Below, in pieces: positions 28,740 to 37,591 of a stretch of DNA of 64,000 nucleotides. The position numbers and the translations under genes are program-made. The notes under the pieces were generated by a model. It worked only from the letters and a program-made list of their open reading frames with translations, made no database searches and was not told where the DNA came from. Origin of the DNA: an uncultured Acidobacteriota bacterium (GTDB taxonomy: Bacteria; Acidobacteriota; UBA6911); assembly GCA_963773605.1 (NCBI GenBank), contig CAVZBT010000018.1, forward strand, positions 65,071 to 129,070, in the 5' to 3' direction. Each line of letters starts with the position of its first letter. The stretch's first letter is position 1.

Positions 28740-29540
28740 ATGCTGCGGTTCGTCTGCGTAGCCCTGCTTTCGTTTCTTCCGTTCTCGTCCTGGATTATAG
28801 CCGGCCAGAGCCAAACCCGCGGCCGAGCCGAATTTGAAGCGTTCCTGCAGTGGAAGGAAAAGCCGGCCAACGCGAAGCTCAAGTGGAATGAAGCGCTGGA
28901 GAATTACAGGAGCAAGCTCAAATCGGACGGTCTGAGCGAGGAGGCCGCCGAAAAAACAATGCGGCTGGTTGTTGCGTACGACGAAGCGGAGCTGTACGAC
29001 CAGGTCTACTCCGGTCAGCCGAAGTTCAATACGAAGCCGAATGAATTTTTGGTCCGAGCCGTCGAAGGACTTGCGCTGGGGGACGCGCTCGACGTCGGGA
29101 TGGGGCAAGGTCGAAACTCGATTTTTCTTGCCCGAAAAGGCTGGAAGGTAACCGGCTTTGATGTCTCCGAAGTGGGAGTGAGGAAGGCAAGGGCCGAAGC
29201 AGCCCGCCTCGGCCTTTCGATCAATGCGGTCCACGCCGCGGATGAGGAGTTTGACTTCGGAATGAACCGGTGGGACCTTATCGCCATCATTTATGCGATG
29301 GAGAAGCACAGCGTGGTTCGCGTGCGCGACGCGTTGAAGCCGGGCGGGGTTGTGGTGATTGTCGCCAGCCACATAACGCCGGGAGGCTATCCCTTTGGAT
29401 ACGAATCCGGCGAGCTGCCGAAGATCTTCGAGGGCTTTCGCGTCCTCAAGTACGAGGAAAAGCCCGGAGTCCCCGATTTTGGCAAGGACAGGAACACCCG
29501 TGAGCCCCTGGTGGGTTTTGTTGCTCAGAAGCCGCGGTGA
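28740..29540 (+). CDS. Class I SAM-dependent methyltransferase with N-terminal signal/anchor sequence
   Basis: 'MLRFVCVALLSFLPFSSWIIAG' is followed by SAM motif I 'ALDVGMGQGRNSIFLARKGWKVTGFDVS' and 'GGVVVIV'. Confidence 0.75.
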   Translation: MLRFVCVALLSFLPFSSWIIAGQSQTRGRAEFEAFLQWKEKPANAKLKWNEALENYRSKLKSDGLSEEAAEKTMRLVVAYDEAELYDQVYSGQPKFNTKPNEFLVRAVEGLALGDALDVGMGQGRNSIFLARKGWKVTGFDVSEVGVRKARAEAARLGLSINAVHAADEEFDFGMNRWDLIAIIYAMEKHSVVRVRDALKPGGVVVIVASHITPGGYPFGYESGELPKIFEGFRVLKYEEKPGVPDFGKDRNTREPLVGFVAQKPR

Positions 29541-29757
29541 ACGCTCCCCGTGTGAATTCGTGTTCCAATCGGGGAGAGTGTCCTGCGGCGTACCAGTCAG
29601 GCAGCAGGGAGATGAGGGCGAGGAAACCCATGACCCAGAAGGGGGATGAGAGGGACAAGCAGCGATGTCACCTTCGGAGTCTCCGTCATAACTGCGGTTG
29701 TGGTCTACGTCTAGGCCCCATCGCTGGATGCAGTTTTGGGGACACCACCACACCTGC

Positions 29758-29847
29758 TGCAATAGGCGGAGTGTACCCCAAAGCCCGCACCCAACGATTC
29801 GGTTAACGTGTACAATAGGGCCGCAGCCGAAGCGGTAGCATCACAGT
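29758..29847 (+). repeat. Right copy of the about 92-bp direct repeat
   Basis: It matches 22565-22656 and ends 88 nt from the 3' (CCA) end of the tRNA gene. Confidence 0.85.
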
Positions 29848-29935
29848 CTGGTCGGCTGGAAGTCCATTCGAGCTTAGAAAACGCCGCGTTGATGCCAAAA
29901 TCCCAAATAGTATGGCTACAAACTATTGATTTTAT

Positions 29936-30012
29936 TGGTGGGCCCAGCAGGACTCGAACCTGCGACCCGCTGATTATGAGTCAGCTGCTCTAACCAACTG
30001 AGCTATGGGCCC
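29936..30012 (-). tRNA. tRNA with CAU anticodon, most likely tRNA-Ile2 (lysidine type); elongator tRNA-Met not excluded
   Basis: The reverse complement 'GGGCCCATAGCTCAGTTGGTTAGAGCAGCTGACTCATAATCAGCGGGTCGCAGGTTCGAGTCCTGCTGGGCCCACCA' folds as a 77-nt cloverleaf with encoded CCA. The acceptor stem has C4/C5 as in E. coli tRNA-Ile2. Confidence 0.9.
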
Positions 30013-30105
30013 GTGCGGGGGTGCGCTGCAACGTCGCGTAGGTTAGCACGCCTGCAGGCGGCGGTAAAGGCAGTTCAGCCCCGAACGGCGACTGCAAGGC
30101 GTGAC

Positions 30106-32199
30106 CTAAAACAGGCTGGCACCGCGCCGGAGCAGGTGAAAAAGATTGCTGTAGTCGTCGGTCCAGAGTTCCGTCGGTCGATCATCTTCGGTCCAGGGCC
30201 GGATCGCCCGCCGGACTGCCGCGGTCCTCAAGAACTGCGCATTTGCGGTCAGCAACACCCAATCCGAGGCCTCGATCCCCTCGTCCACGCGGCGCGCGCC
30301 TGACACCAGCGACGCCTCGGCCCTCTCCCACGGAATCCCGTGCGCCAGGCCGCGCGCGACCGGGGTCAGATCGAAGTACCTGCTGCTGACGTGGAGCGCC
30401 AGAATGCCGTCCGGCTGCAGATGGGAACGGTAAACCTCCGCGCACTCGCGCGTCAGCAGGTGAACCGGGATGGCGTCGCCGCTGAACGCATCCACGGCAA
30501 GGACATCGAAGCGCCAATCCTCGCCCCGTGCGTTTTCCTGCTGCATCGAGATCCGGGCATCTCCCAAGACAATAGCCGCCTGCGCGGCGCTGCCCGTCAG
30601 ATACGAAAAGTACTTTCGGCAAAGGCGCACGACATCGGGGTTGAGTTCATAGAAGCGCATGGTGTCGCCCGGCTGGGCATAACTTGCCAGTGTCCCCGCC
30701 CCCAGTCCGACGACGCCGATCCGGAGACTCTTCGAGCCTTCGGCCCGCTTCGGGTGATAGCGCAATGCGAGGCCGATGCCGCTTGCGGGACCATAGTAGG
30801 AAGTGGGCCAATTGCGCCTGAACGCGGACTGGTACTGGAACCCGTGCTGGACGCGGCCGTGCATGAGGGTGACGCGGTGCAAGCGCGGGTCGCCGCGGTT
30901 GGTCTCGAACACGCGCAGGACGCCGTAGAAGCTCCGCACCATCTCCAGATTCCCGGTCATGGCAAGTTCGAGGTACGATCCAAGCGTCACCGCAAGGACC
31001 GCCAGCGGCACGCAAAGCAGGATCCAGGCTCGGACGGACGTGCCGCGATACGCGAACCGGGTGCGCTCCACATACGCCACGGCGACGACCACCCCGCCCG
31101 CAGCCAGCAGCGCAGCGGGATACTCCCAGTATCCTTTGAAAACGACAGGCGCCACGAGCGTAACAAACAGCGCGCCGACCGCGCCGCCGGCGGCGATCAT
31201 CCCGTAATAGGCGGTGAGGTGCCGTGTCCCGGGCTTGATCCGCACCAGCTCGCCATGGCAGACCATGCAGGCGGCGAAAAGAGTGAGCGAGGCGGAGGCG
31301 AGCTGCCGCCCGAGCGGGGCAAACACGCCGTCCAGCAGCACGTCGCAAGACCAGGCCAGACCTGCAGCCAACAGGATGCCGAAGAGTGGGCGTACATACC
31401 ATTCCGGCTTGTGAAAGCACAGGATGAAGGACAACAAATAGACCCCGAGCGGCAAAACCCACAACAGTGGAATGGCGGCGACGTCCAGGCAGAGCTGATT
31501 TGTCGCGGACAACAGCATGAGCGAGCTGCATGCGGGCAGGAGCATCCAGAGGGTCCGCTGCGCCACGCTCGGTTCCCGCTCGGCGGGAGCCCGCATCGGA
31601 CCCGTGCCCTCGCTGACGCTCGTCCGGGCCACGCGCACGTAGCCGAGGGCACACCACCCGCAGAGGGCGGCAAATAAGCCGTATGCCCCCGCCCAGATCC
31701 AGGTCTGGCTCCGGAGCGGGATGGAAGGCTCGATCAGGAACGGGAACGCAAGAATGGCCAGCAGCGAGCCCGCGTTCGAAAGTGCATAGAGCCTGTAGGG
31801 CGATGCGCCCGGGCGGCTCCGGCCGAACCAGGACTGCAACAACGGGGTGGTCGCGGCGAGCATGACGTACGGGAAACCGACGCCGACAGCCAGGAGCCCC
31901 AGGATCCGCAGGAGCGGATGGCTCGCACTTGCGGGTTTCCATGCCGTGGCCGCAAGCACCGGGAGCGTCGCCAGCGACAGCGCGAGCATCAGGGCGTGCA
32001 GCACGGTCTGGGTCCCGTGTGAACGGCGGGCCAGGACGTGCGCGTAGCCGTACCCGGCAAGCAGGAGCACCTGGAAAAACAGCATGCAGGTGGTCCAGAC
32101 GGCCGGGCTCCCGCCAAACCAGGGGAGGAGGCGCTTTCCCAGCAGGGGTTGAATCCAGAAGAGCAAAAACGCGCTCAGAAACAGCGTCGAGCCATACAC
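30106..32199 (-). CDS. Fused polytopic membrane domain plus spermidine-synthase-like (class I methyltransferase fold) protein
   Basis: An intact 697-aa ORF. The N-terminal region of about 420 aa has many TM helices. The C-terminal part carries 'IGVVGLGAGTLASY...FDVLAVDAFSGDAIPVHLLTRE...GILALHVS', typical of spermidine synthase-like domains. Confidence 0.8.
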   Translation of the reverse strand: MYGSTLFLSAFLLFWIQPLLGKRLLPWFGGSPAVWTTCMLFFQVLLLAGYGYAHVLARRSHGTQTVLHALMLALSLATLPVLAATAWKPASASHPLLRILGLLAVGVGFPYVMLAATTPLLQSWFGRSRPGASPYRLYALSNAGSLLAILAFPFLIEPSIPLRSQTWIWAGAYGLFAALCGWCALGYVRVARTSVSEGTGPMRAPAEREPSVAQRTLWMLLPACSSLMLLSATNQLCLDVAAIPLLWVLPLGVYLLSFILCFHKPEWYVRPLFGILLAAGLAWSCDVLLDGVFAPLGRQLASASLTLFAACMVCHGELVRIKPGTRHLTAYYGMIAAGGAVGALFVTLVAPVVFKGYWEYPAALLAAGGVVVAVAYVERTRFAYRGTSVRAWILLCVPLAVLAVTLGSYLELAMTGNLEMVRSFYGVLRVFETNRGDPRLHRVTLMHGRVQHGFQYQSAFRRNWPTSYYGPASGIGLALRYHPKRAEGSKSLRIGVVGLGAGTLASYAQPGDTMRFYELNPDVVRLCRKYFSYLTGSAAQAAIVLGDARISMQQENARGEDWRFDVLAVDAFSGDAIPVHLLTRECAEVYRSHLQPDGILALHVSSRYFDLTPVARGLAHGIPWERAEASLVSGARRVDEGIEASDWVLLTANAQFLRTAAVRRAIRPWTEDDRPTELWTDDYSNLFHLLRRGASLF

Positions 32200-32353
32200 C
32201 GTGCCAGATTAGTCTGGACCGGGGAGGCGGCGCAACCGGTTCAAGGAGGGCGCAGCGGTCCAGCGGGGACTCGTGAAGCAAGAAAACTCCGTTTCCTGGT
32301 GGTTGAATTGCCATTTCTTACGTTCTTGTACATAGGCAGCGGAGGATTTCGTC

Positions 32354-33052
32354 GTGGACTTGTCAATCGCTCACGTAAAGTACGGTCTGCGCCCCATCGA
32401 CCAGAATCCCGGTGAAGCCCTGTGGGAAGCGTGCAACCAGCACGCCCACGCCATAATCCTTTTGATCGACGATGTCGCGGCTTACCGCCACGCCCGCCTG
32501 GTTCTGCTGTCAGGGCAGCTCGTCAAACTGCATGTCTTGGAACCGACCCGGGAACTGACCAGCGGAACTCAAGCGCTGGTATTTTTCTCCTACCGCGGCG
32601 AATCTCGCGCCTTTTTCTCGACGCTCGTGGATCATCGTCCGGAAGGGGCTTCGGTGGGCGCCGAACTGGTCCTGCGGATGCCCTCGGAACTCTTCGGCCA
32701 TGAAGCCCGGAGAGCCGCGCGGGTGGCTGTGGACAGGAGCAGCGGCCTGTCCGCCCGGGTTTCTGTTGCGCAACGGGGCGGCACCCTGCTTCCCATCCCG
32801 ATTAATCTGAGTTTGACCGGGATCTTGCTCGAGTTTCGGCCTGAAGACGACCCGGAACTCCCACGGGGAGCGACGGTCCAGATCGAGCTGCAACTGGGGG
32901 AGGATGCCGTAGCCCTTCCTGCTGAAGTTCGCCGCCGCACCGGCCACCGATATGGCCTGATGTTCGCCGGTATCGTCAAGAACGAAACGGTTGATCCACC
33001 TCCCGCCCTCGGGAAGATCGCGGCCGCGCTGAAGGCGCTCCCCGCCGGGTAG
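32354..33052 (+). CDS. PilZ domain-containing protein (putative c-di-GMP receptor)
   Basis: GTG follows GGAGGA. The PilZ motifs are 'RRAARV' (RxxxR) and 'INLSLTG' ([D/N]xSxxG). Confidence 0.7.
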   Translation: MDLSIAHVKYGLRPIDQNPGEALWEACNQHAHAIILLIDDVAAYRHARLVLLSGQLVKLHVLEPTRELTSGTQALVFFSYRGESRAFFSTLVDHRPEGASVGAELVLRMPSELFGHEARRAARVAVDRSSGLSARVSVAQRGGTLLPIPINLSLTGILLEFRPEDDPELPRGATVQIELQLGEDAVALPAEVRRRTGHRYGLMFAGIVKNETVDPPPALGKIAAALKALPAG

Positions 33053-33124
33053 GCCGTCACGAGCGCAGGGACAGGGGCGCTGCACGGCGGCCCGCCGTGC
33101 AGCGTTGATCCGGCCCGCCCCCTG

Positions 33125-33358
33125 TCACTGTATGGAATGCCCTCGGCATCCGGCCATCGCGTACTCGCCCGAGTGGATCATCTCGTTAAACTGCCGGATG
33201 TATTGACGACAAAAAGCGCAACTGGCAGCATGTTCCTCCAGAATCTCCACCATCTCCTGGCTCAGCCTGCCGCAGTGCATCTCGTAACAAATCACGTCGA
33301 GGGCTATCTGCACACACTCTGAGGGCACGGGTCCATGCATATGTACTCCGCTGGGCAC
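33125..33358 (-). CDS. Small soluble zinc-finger protein with ZAS (HxxxCxxC) anti-sigma-type motif
   Basis: A 77-aa protein with no TM segment. It carries 'EEHAASCAFCRQY' (H-x3-C-x2-C) plus additional Cys/His residues (C15, C24, H28, C29, C71, H74). Confidence 0.6.
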   Translation of the reverse strand: MPSGVHMHGPVPSECVQIALDVICYEMHCGRLSQEMVEILEEHAASCAFCRQYIRQFNEMIHSGEYAMAGCRGHSIQ

Positions 33359-33364
33359 TGTACA

Positions 33365-33877
33365 TTACGGCCACTGCGTTGACATCAACTGCAGGGGAGA
33401 CACGGTGTCGACGAACGTGACTTTTATGTACAGCCGACCGTCGGTGATCCAGAGCAGATTCAGCCTGTCCAGCTGTTCTGGCGTGAGCCGGTGACGGGGT
33501 TGCTGGAAAAGTCGTGTCTCCTGAACCGCGATCAGTCCGTCGTCCTGAGCCGCAACGGCAGGCCGTGCATCCTGATCCGCCAGGTTAATGACATTCTGGG
33601 AAGTCATCACGATTGAGACCGGCCTTCCCGGCAGCATGACCTCCGACACACGATCGATGAATTCGGTCGGGGTGATTCCCTGGCGTTGCAGCATGGCCCG
33701 GGGGACGATGAGCTCGCTTTGCACCGGTTGTGGAGCGGCCGGCTCTTCTGTGAGGGTGGGGATCGGCTCGGGTGACCGTGGGCAGCATTTCGGCGGCGGA
33801 TTGTCTTGCGCCGGTAGCGCAACGGAGATCAGCACGATGGATAGCGCAACCATAAGCAGCGATTTGGGACCAAACAT
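33365..33877 (-). CDS. Secreted hypothetical protein (170 aa)
   Basis: The signal peptide is 'MFGPKSLLMVALSIVLISVALPAQD', followed by a Pro-rich linker. No family was recognised. Confidence 0.6.
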   Translation of the reverse strand: MFGPKSLLMVALSIVLISVALPAQDNPPPKCCPRSPEPIPTLTEEPAAPQPVQSELIVPRAMLQRQGITPTEFIDRVSEVMLPGRPVSIVMTSQNVINLADQDARPAVAAQDDGLIAVQETRLFQQPRHRLTPEQLDRLNLLWITDGRLYIKVTFVDTVSPLQLMSTQWP

Positions 33878-34162
33878 ATCGGACTCCAGAAAAAAGCCCA
33901 GGCAACCGGGGGTCTCGCCGACGTGCGGACTCGCCTGTCCTCTCGATGCCTGGAGAGTTGTAGAAGCGCCGGGACCGGCAACCGCTCCGACGCGACCTCA
34001 TAGCCGCTAAGTGGGCCTACATCTACCAAGAACGGAATTCGGCAGAACTCGCCTACCGGAGAATTGCAGCACCGCGATTTTGTCGGGGCCCGGAGGCGAG
34101 AGACTGCTGCAGGGGCCGGCAGGAAGGATGGGGTTAGACTTGCAGGCAGGTGCCGGAGCGTA

Positions 34163-37100
34163 CTATCGGGGATCCCCCACCAGGACAAAGGGGGCCCAGG
34201 TGATGGGGCGACTGTCCTCCGGACGGGATGCGCCCCGGATAAGACTCAGCTGCGCATCCCGCAACGCGCCGGCTTTCGAAACACCACCTTGCGCGAGCAA
34301 TTCATAGAAGCGCGACGTGAGCCTGGACGTATCCGCATCTTCAGCGGGGAGGACGGTGGCAAGGACGGCGGGGGCGCCGGCACTCAGAAACGCCGGCACA
34401 AGTCCCCAGGGCATCTCTCCCCCAGCGACAGGTCCGATCCCCGTGTTGCAGCCTGCCAGTGTGACCAGCCGGTTGTGCGTCAAGCGCCATCGATGGATTA
34501 CCGAACTCTCCAGATGCGATTCATGCGGCCGCGCTCCGAACACCAGTGCGGGCATGCCGTGGCGCACCTCCGCGTGCCCGGAGAAGTGGATGATCTCGAA
34601 CATCCCCAAGGACGAATCCAGGGATCGCAGGTCGGCAAACGTCGCAATCCTGCTGTTCCGTTCAAAGAGCGCGCCGATCCGGGCCAATTCTCGTGCAGCC
34701 CCGGAGAGGTTCGAGGTGCCGTCCATCAGCAGAACCGTGGCACGCCGGGTGAAGTTTGCGGCCTTACCGGCAGCAAGGCAGGCATTCAGGACAGAGCGCG
34801 AAGGGGCAAACGACAGCGCATACCTCTCCAGCAGGTACCGACCGGCAGGATCGATCAAGCTGCCGAACGGCAGGAGATGGAGGGGACCGTCCGGCAGAAT
34901 AACCAAAGCCTGTACCGACGGCACCCCGATCGCCGGCAAAAGGGGACCGATCAGCGTTTCATACAGTCCCCGGGACAAAGTTGAGAATGACTCGGTGCTG
35001 CCAGTCCGGATACTCTCGGCATACTCTGCGGCAGAGGACTCCAATTCGTTCAGGGAAACATCCAGCCGAACGACCTTCGTCCCATTCTCGCCGGAAACAA
35101 ATGCGAAAGCCTGATCGGGGCAGAGGAAATACTCCACGGTGGCGGTGTGGGGCGGCAAGGGAATGGGCGTCCGGTTGACTGGCCGGGATGGGTTCGGCGC
35201 ATCCTGGGCATCGGCCCGGGCGCGAAGAGACTCCCGCAAGGTCATGGACTTGGCGCGATCGACGGCGGCGAGGATCTCGTTCGGCGCTTTCCGCAGATTG
35301 AGCAGCAACGGGATCATCTCGCGATAGGGATCGAAACGCCGGGCCAAAAAGGACCGGCGGAGGTCCGGCGAGGCTATGCGGGTCCGCATCCGTTCCAGAA
35401 CCCCGGCGGCGGTCTTGAAGTGCCGCAGCGCAGCCTCCTGATCCCCCGCCCGCACCAGGAGAAATCCGGACAGGCTATGGGCCTGCCAGGCCACTTCCGG
35501 CAGTGTGGTGGCGGCGATCTCCAGGGCTCTTTTCACCTCGCCCTCAGCTTCGGAGAGCCTACCCTTTTCGATGAATACCTGGGCAAGGCCGATGCGTGCT
35601 CGGGCCTCCACCTCCCTCATGCTCCCGAGGGGACGCTGCAACGCCTGCTCGAAATGGGACTGCGCCTCGGAGAAGTCCCTCAATTGCAGAGCCAGGGATC
35701 CTTCTTTGGTCAGCAGGTTCAGGCGGCGCGCCTCCGTCTCCGGCGTCGTCCGCAGCGTGCCATCGGAAAGCAGAGTGGTCTGGAGATACCCCGCCTCCGC
35801 ATAATACCTGCGCGCTTCCGGATATCGGGCCATCCGTTCCATGACGACGCCGAGGTTCTCAAGCGCAAGGACAAGCGACTCGTGATCCATCGTCCGGTAA
35901 GCTCCGGCCAGGGCGGTCGAATATTCCTGCAGACTGTTATGAAGCTGGTTGAGCTTGAGATAGGTTGCCCCGAGGGAGTTGCACGCAAATGCCGCCCAGG
36001 ACTGCAATCCGGAGGAATCGGCCAGTTGCTTCAGCCGGGAGAGTACCGCAAGAGCCTCGTCGTAGCGTGCCTCCTCGCCGTAGGACGAACTCAAAGCGGC
36101 CAGAGCGCGCGCAATGAGGTCGGGGTCCGTGGACAGTTCGGCCCGATGCAACATCCTCCCATACTCGACGCTGGCCCCGTTATAGTCGGACAGGCCATAA
36201 AATCGCGCGGTACCCCGCAGTTGATACAGTCGCACGAGCTGCCAGTGGTCTCCCATCCGCTCGAATCCGCTGACGAGTGCGTCGCTTCCTTTCAGGGCCG
36301 GGAGCATGCCGCCCCGGGAGAACGACGCTATGAGTTGTTCCAGGCGGGTATTCAGCTCGTGCCGGACCTTTCTCCGGGATGGGGGGAGACTTCGGCAGAA
36401 TTCCAGCAGCGCGTTTCCGCTGGTGTCGTCTGTAGCGGTGCGCCGCGCCGCCTCCAAAGTGGCGGCGGCCCACTGCGGGCCGGACGGATCTCCGGCGGTT
36501 TCCTGCGCTAAGGTCAACGATTCGAGGAGGAGGCTGCGGATTAAAGGAGGGATTTTCTCGGGGACGATGCGCGCGAGGCGTTCCAGGGCGGGTGCGTCCC
36601 TGGCCCTTGCGGCGCGTCGGACCTCGCGCTCCAACAACTCCGAGCGGTTCATGAGGATTCGGGTTCTGAGGTCTTTGAGTTTCCTGGCCCAAATCGAGTC
36701 GGGGTCCCGGCCGAGGTACACGTCAATCTCGCGCACGGCCTGTTGATGACGCCCCAACTCGAATAAGGTACGGACCTTGTTGAACCGGGCTTCGTTTGAA
36801 TCCGGTTTGAGCTGCAGTATGCCTTCAAAATCGGCCAGGGCGCCATCCAGTGAGCTGCTCCGCACACTGGGGTCGGTGGTGGCCATCGCTGCCTCAAACC
36901 GCGCGACCCCGCGACCCGACAGCGCCTGAGCATCCGCGCGCCCGGAATCGAGTATGTGCTGAAACTGCTCGATCGCCGGCCCGAAACGATTTTGCCGCAG
37001 GTAAATGTACCCCAAACCCAGCAAGGGTTCCCGCAGGCCGTTCTGGACTCCGAGCGCCCGGTTGAAAAACGTCTCCGCGTGCTCCAGGCTGCCGGCAGGT

Positions 37101-37591
37101 TCAGCACTCCGCTGCGACGCATCGGAGACGAAGGGTAGATCGAGCCGGAGGTCGTTTGGACTCCGGGCCGTGTAATCGTGTTGCAGGGCCGCACGCGCCT
37201 GTGCCGACAGAGTCTCGGCCTTCGCCGACTCGTAGAAACGGAGCGACACCGCGGCCAGGCAGAGAATGACTGCGGCCGCAGCCGCCACACCCCAATAGTA
37301 CCAGCGGCGCCGGGGCCTCTTGTTTGCCGCATCCGCGGACGTTGAGCGGATCAGGTCAAGGTTCCGTTGAATCTCGGATGACGCGCACTCCGGTTCTGCC
37401 TCAAGTGTGTCGCCGGCTTCCGGGTGAAGCAGCTGGAGCAGCCCGGCCAACTCCTCCCGGCACGCGGAGCAGCGCACCAGGTGCAGTTCGAGCTCTTCTA
37501 CGGACCGCGCTCCGGGGGATCCGGTCACATAGCCGTACAGATCGCCTTCGTCGAGGCAAGCGCTCTCCATTACCCTGATCTTTCGAGTCAT
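34163..37591 (-). CDS. Membrane-anchored anti-sigma (zf-HC2/ZAS) - TPR - CHAT (caspase-like protease) fusion protein
   Basis: An intact 1142-aa ORF. The N-terminus has 'HLVRCSAC' (H37-x3-C41-x2-C44). There is a single TM helix, 'WYYWGVAAAAAVILCLAAVSL' (aa 97-117). A helical TPR-like repeat region of about 650 aa follows. The C-terminal CHAT domain has 'IIHFSGHAEV' (His) and 'LVTLAGCNTG' (Cys). The start ATG overlaps the sigma-gene stop (ATGA at 37588-37591). Confidence 0.85.
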   Translation of the reverse strand: MTRKIRVMESACLDEGDLYGYVTGSPGARSVEELELHLVRCSACREELAGLLQLLHPEAGDTLEAEPECASSEIQRNLDLIRSTSADAANKRPRRRWYYWGVAAAAAVILCLAAVSLRFYESAKAETLSAQARAALQHDYTARSPNDLRLDLPFVSDASQRSAEPAGSLEHAETFFNRALGVQNGLREPLLGLGYIYLRQNRFGPAIEQFQHILDSGRADAQALSGRGVARFEAAMATTDPSVRSSSLDGALADFEGILQLKPDSNEARFNKVRTLFELGRHQQAVREIDVYLGRDPDSIWARKLKDLRTRILMNRSELLEREVRRAARARDAPALERLARIVPEKIPPLIRSLLLESLTLAQETAGDPSGPQWAAATLEAARRTATDDTSGNALLEFCRSLPPSRRKVRHELNTRLEQLIASFSRGGMLPALKGSDALVSGFERMGDHWQLVRLYQLRGTARFYGLSDYNGASVEYGRMLHRAELSTDPDLIARALAALSSSYGEEARYDEALAVLSRLKQLADSSGLQSWAAFACNSLGATYLKLNQLHNSLQEYSTALAGAYRTMDHESLVLALENLGVVMERMARYPEARRYYAEAGYLQTTLLSDGTLRTTPETEARRLNLLTKEGSLALQLRDFSEAQSHFEQALQRPLGSMREVEARARIGLAQVFIEKGRLSEAEGEVKRALEIAATTLPEVAWQAHSLSGFLLVRAGDQEAALRHFKTAAGVLERMRTRIASPDLRRSFLARRFDPYREMIPLLLNLRKAPNEILAAVDRAKSMTLRESLRARADAQDAPNPSRPVNRTPIPLPPHTATVEYFLCPDQAFAFVSGENGTKVVRLDVSLNELESSAAEYAESIRTGSTESFSTLSRGLYETLIGPLLPAIGVPSVQALVILPDGPLHLLPFGSLIDPAGRYLLERYALSFAPSRSVLNACLAAGKAANFTRRATVLLMDGTSNLSGAARELARIGALFERNSRIATFADLRSLDSSLGMFEIIHFSGHAEVRHGMPALVFGARPHESHLESSVIHRWRLTHNRLVTLAGCNTGIGPVAGGEMPWGLVPAFLSAGAPAVLATVLPAEDADTSRLTSRFYELLAQGGVSKAGALRDAQLSLIRGASRPEDSRPITWAPFVLVGDPR

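Noticed and set aside
29848-30105. Integrase gene or tRNA-derived att site flanking the tRNA
   Set aside because: No integrase-like ORF occurs on either side. The direct repeats do not include any part of the tRNA sequence. The island interpretation is therefore kept only as a hypothesis.
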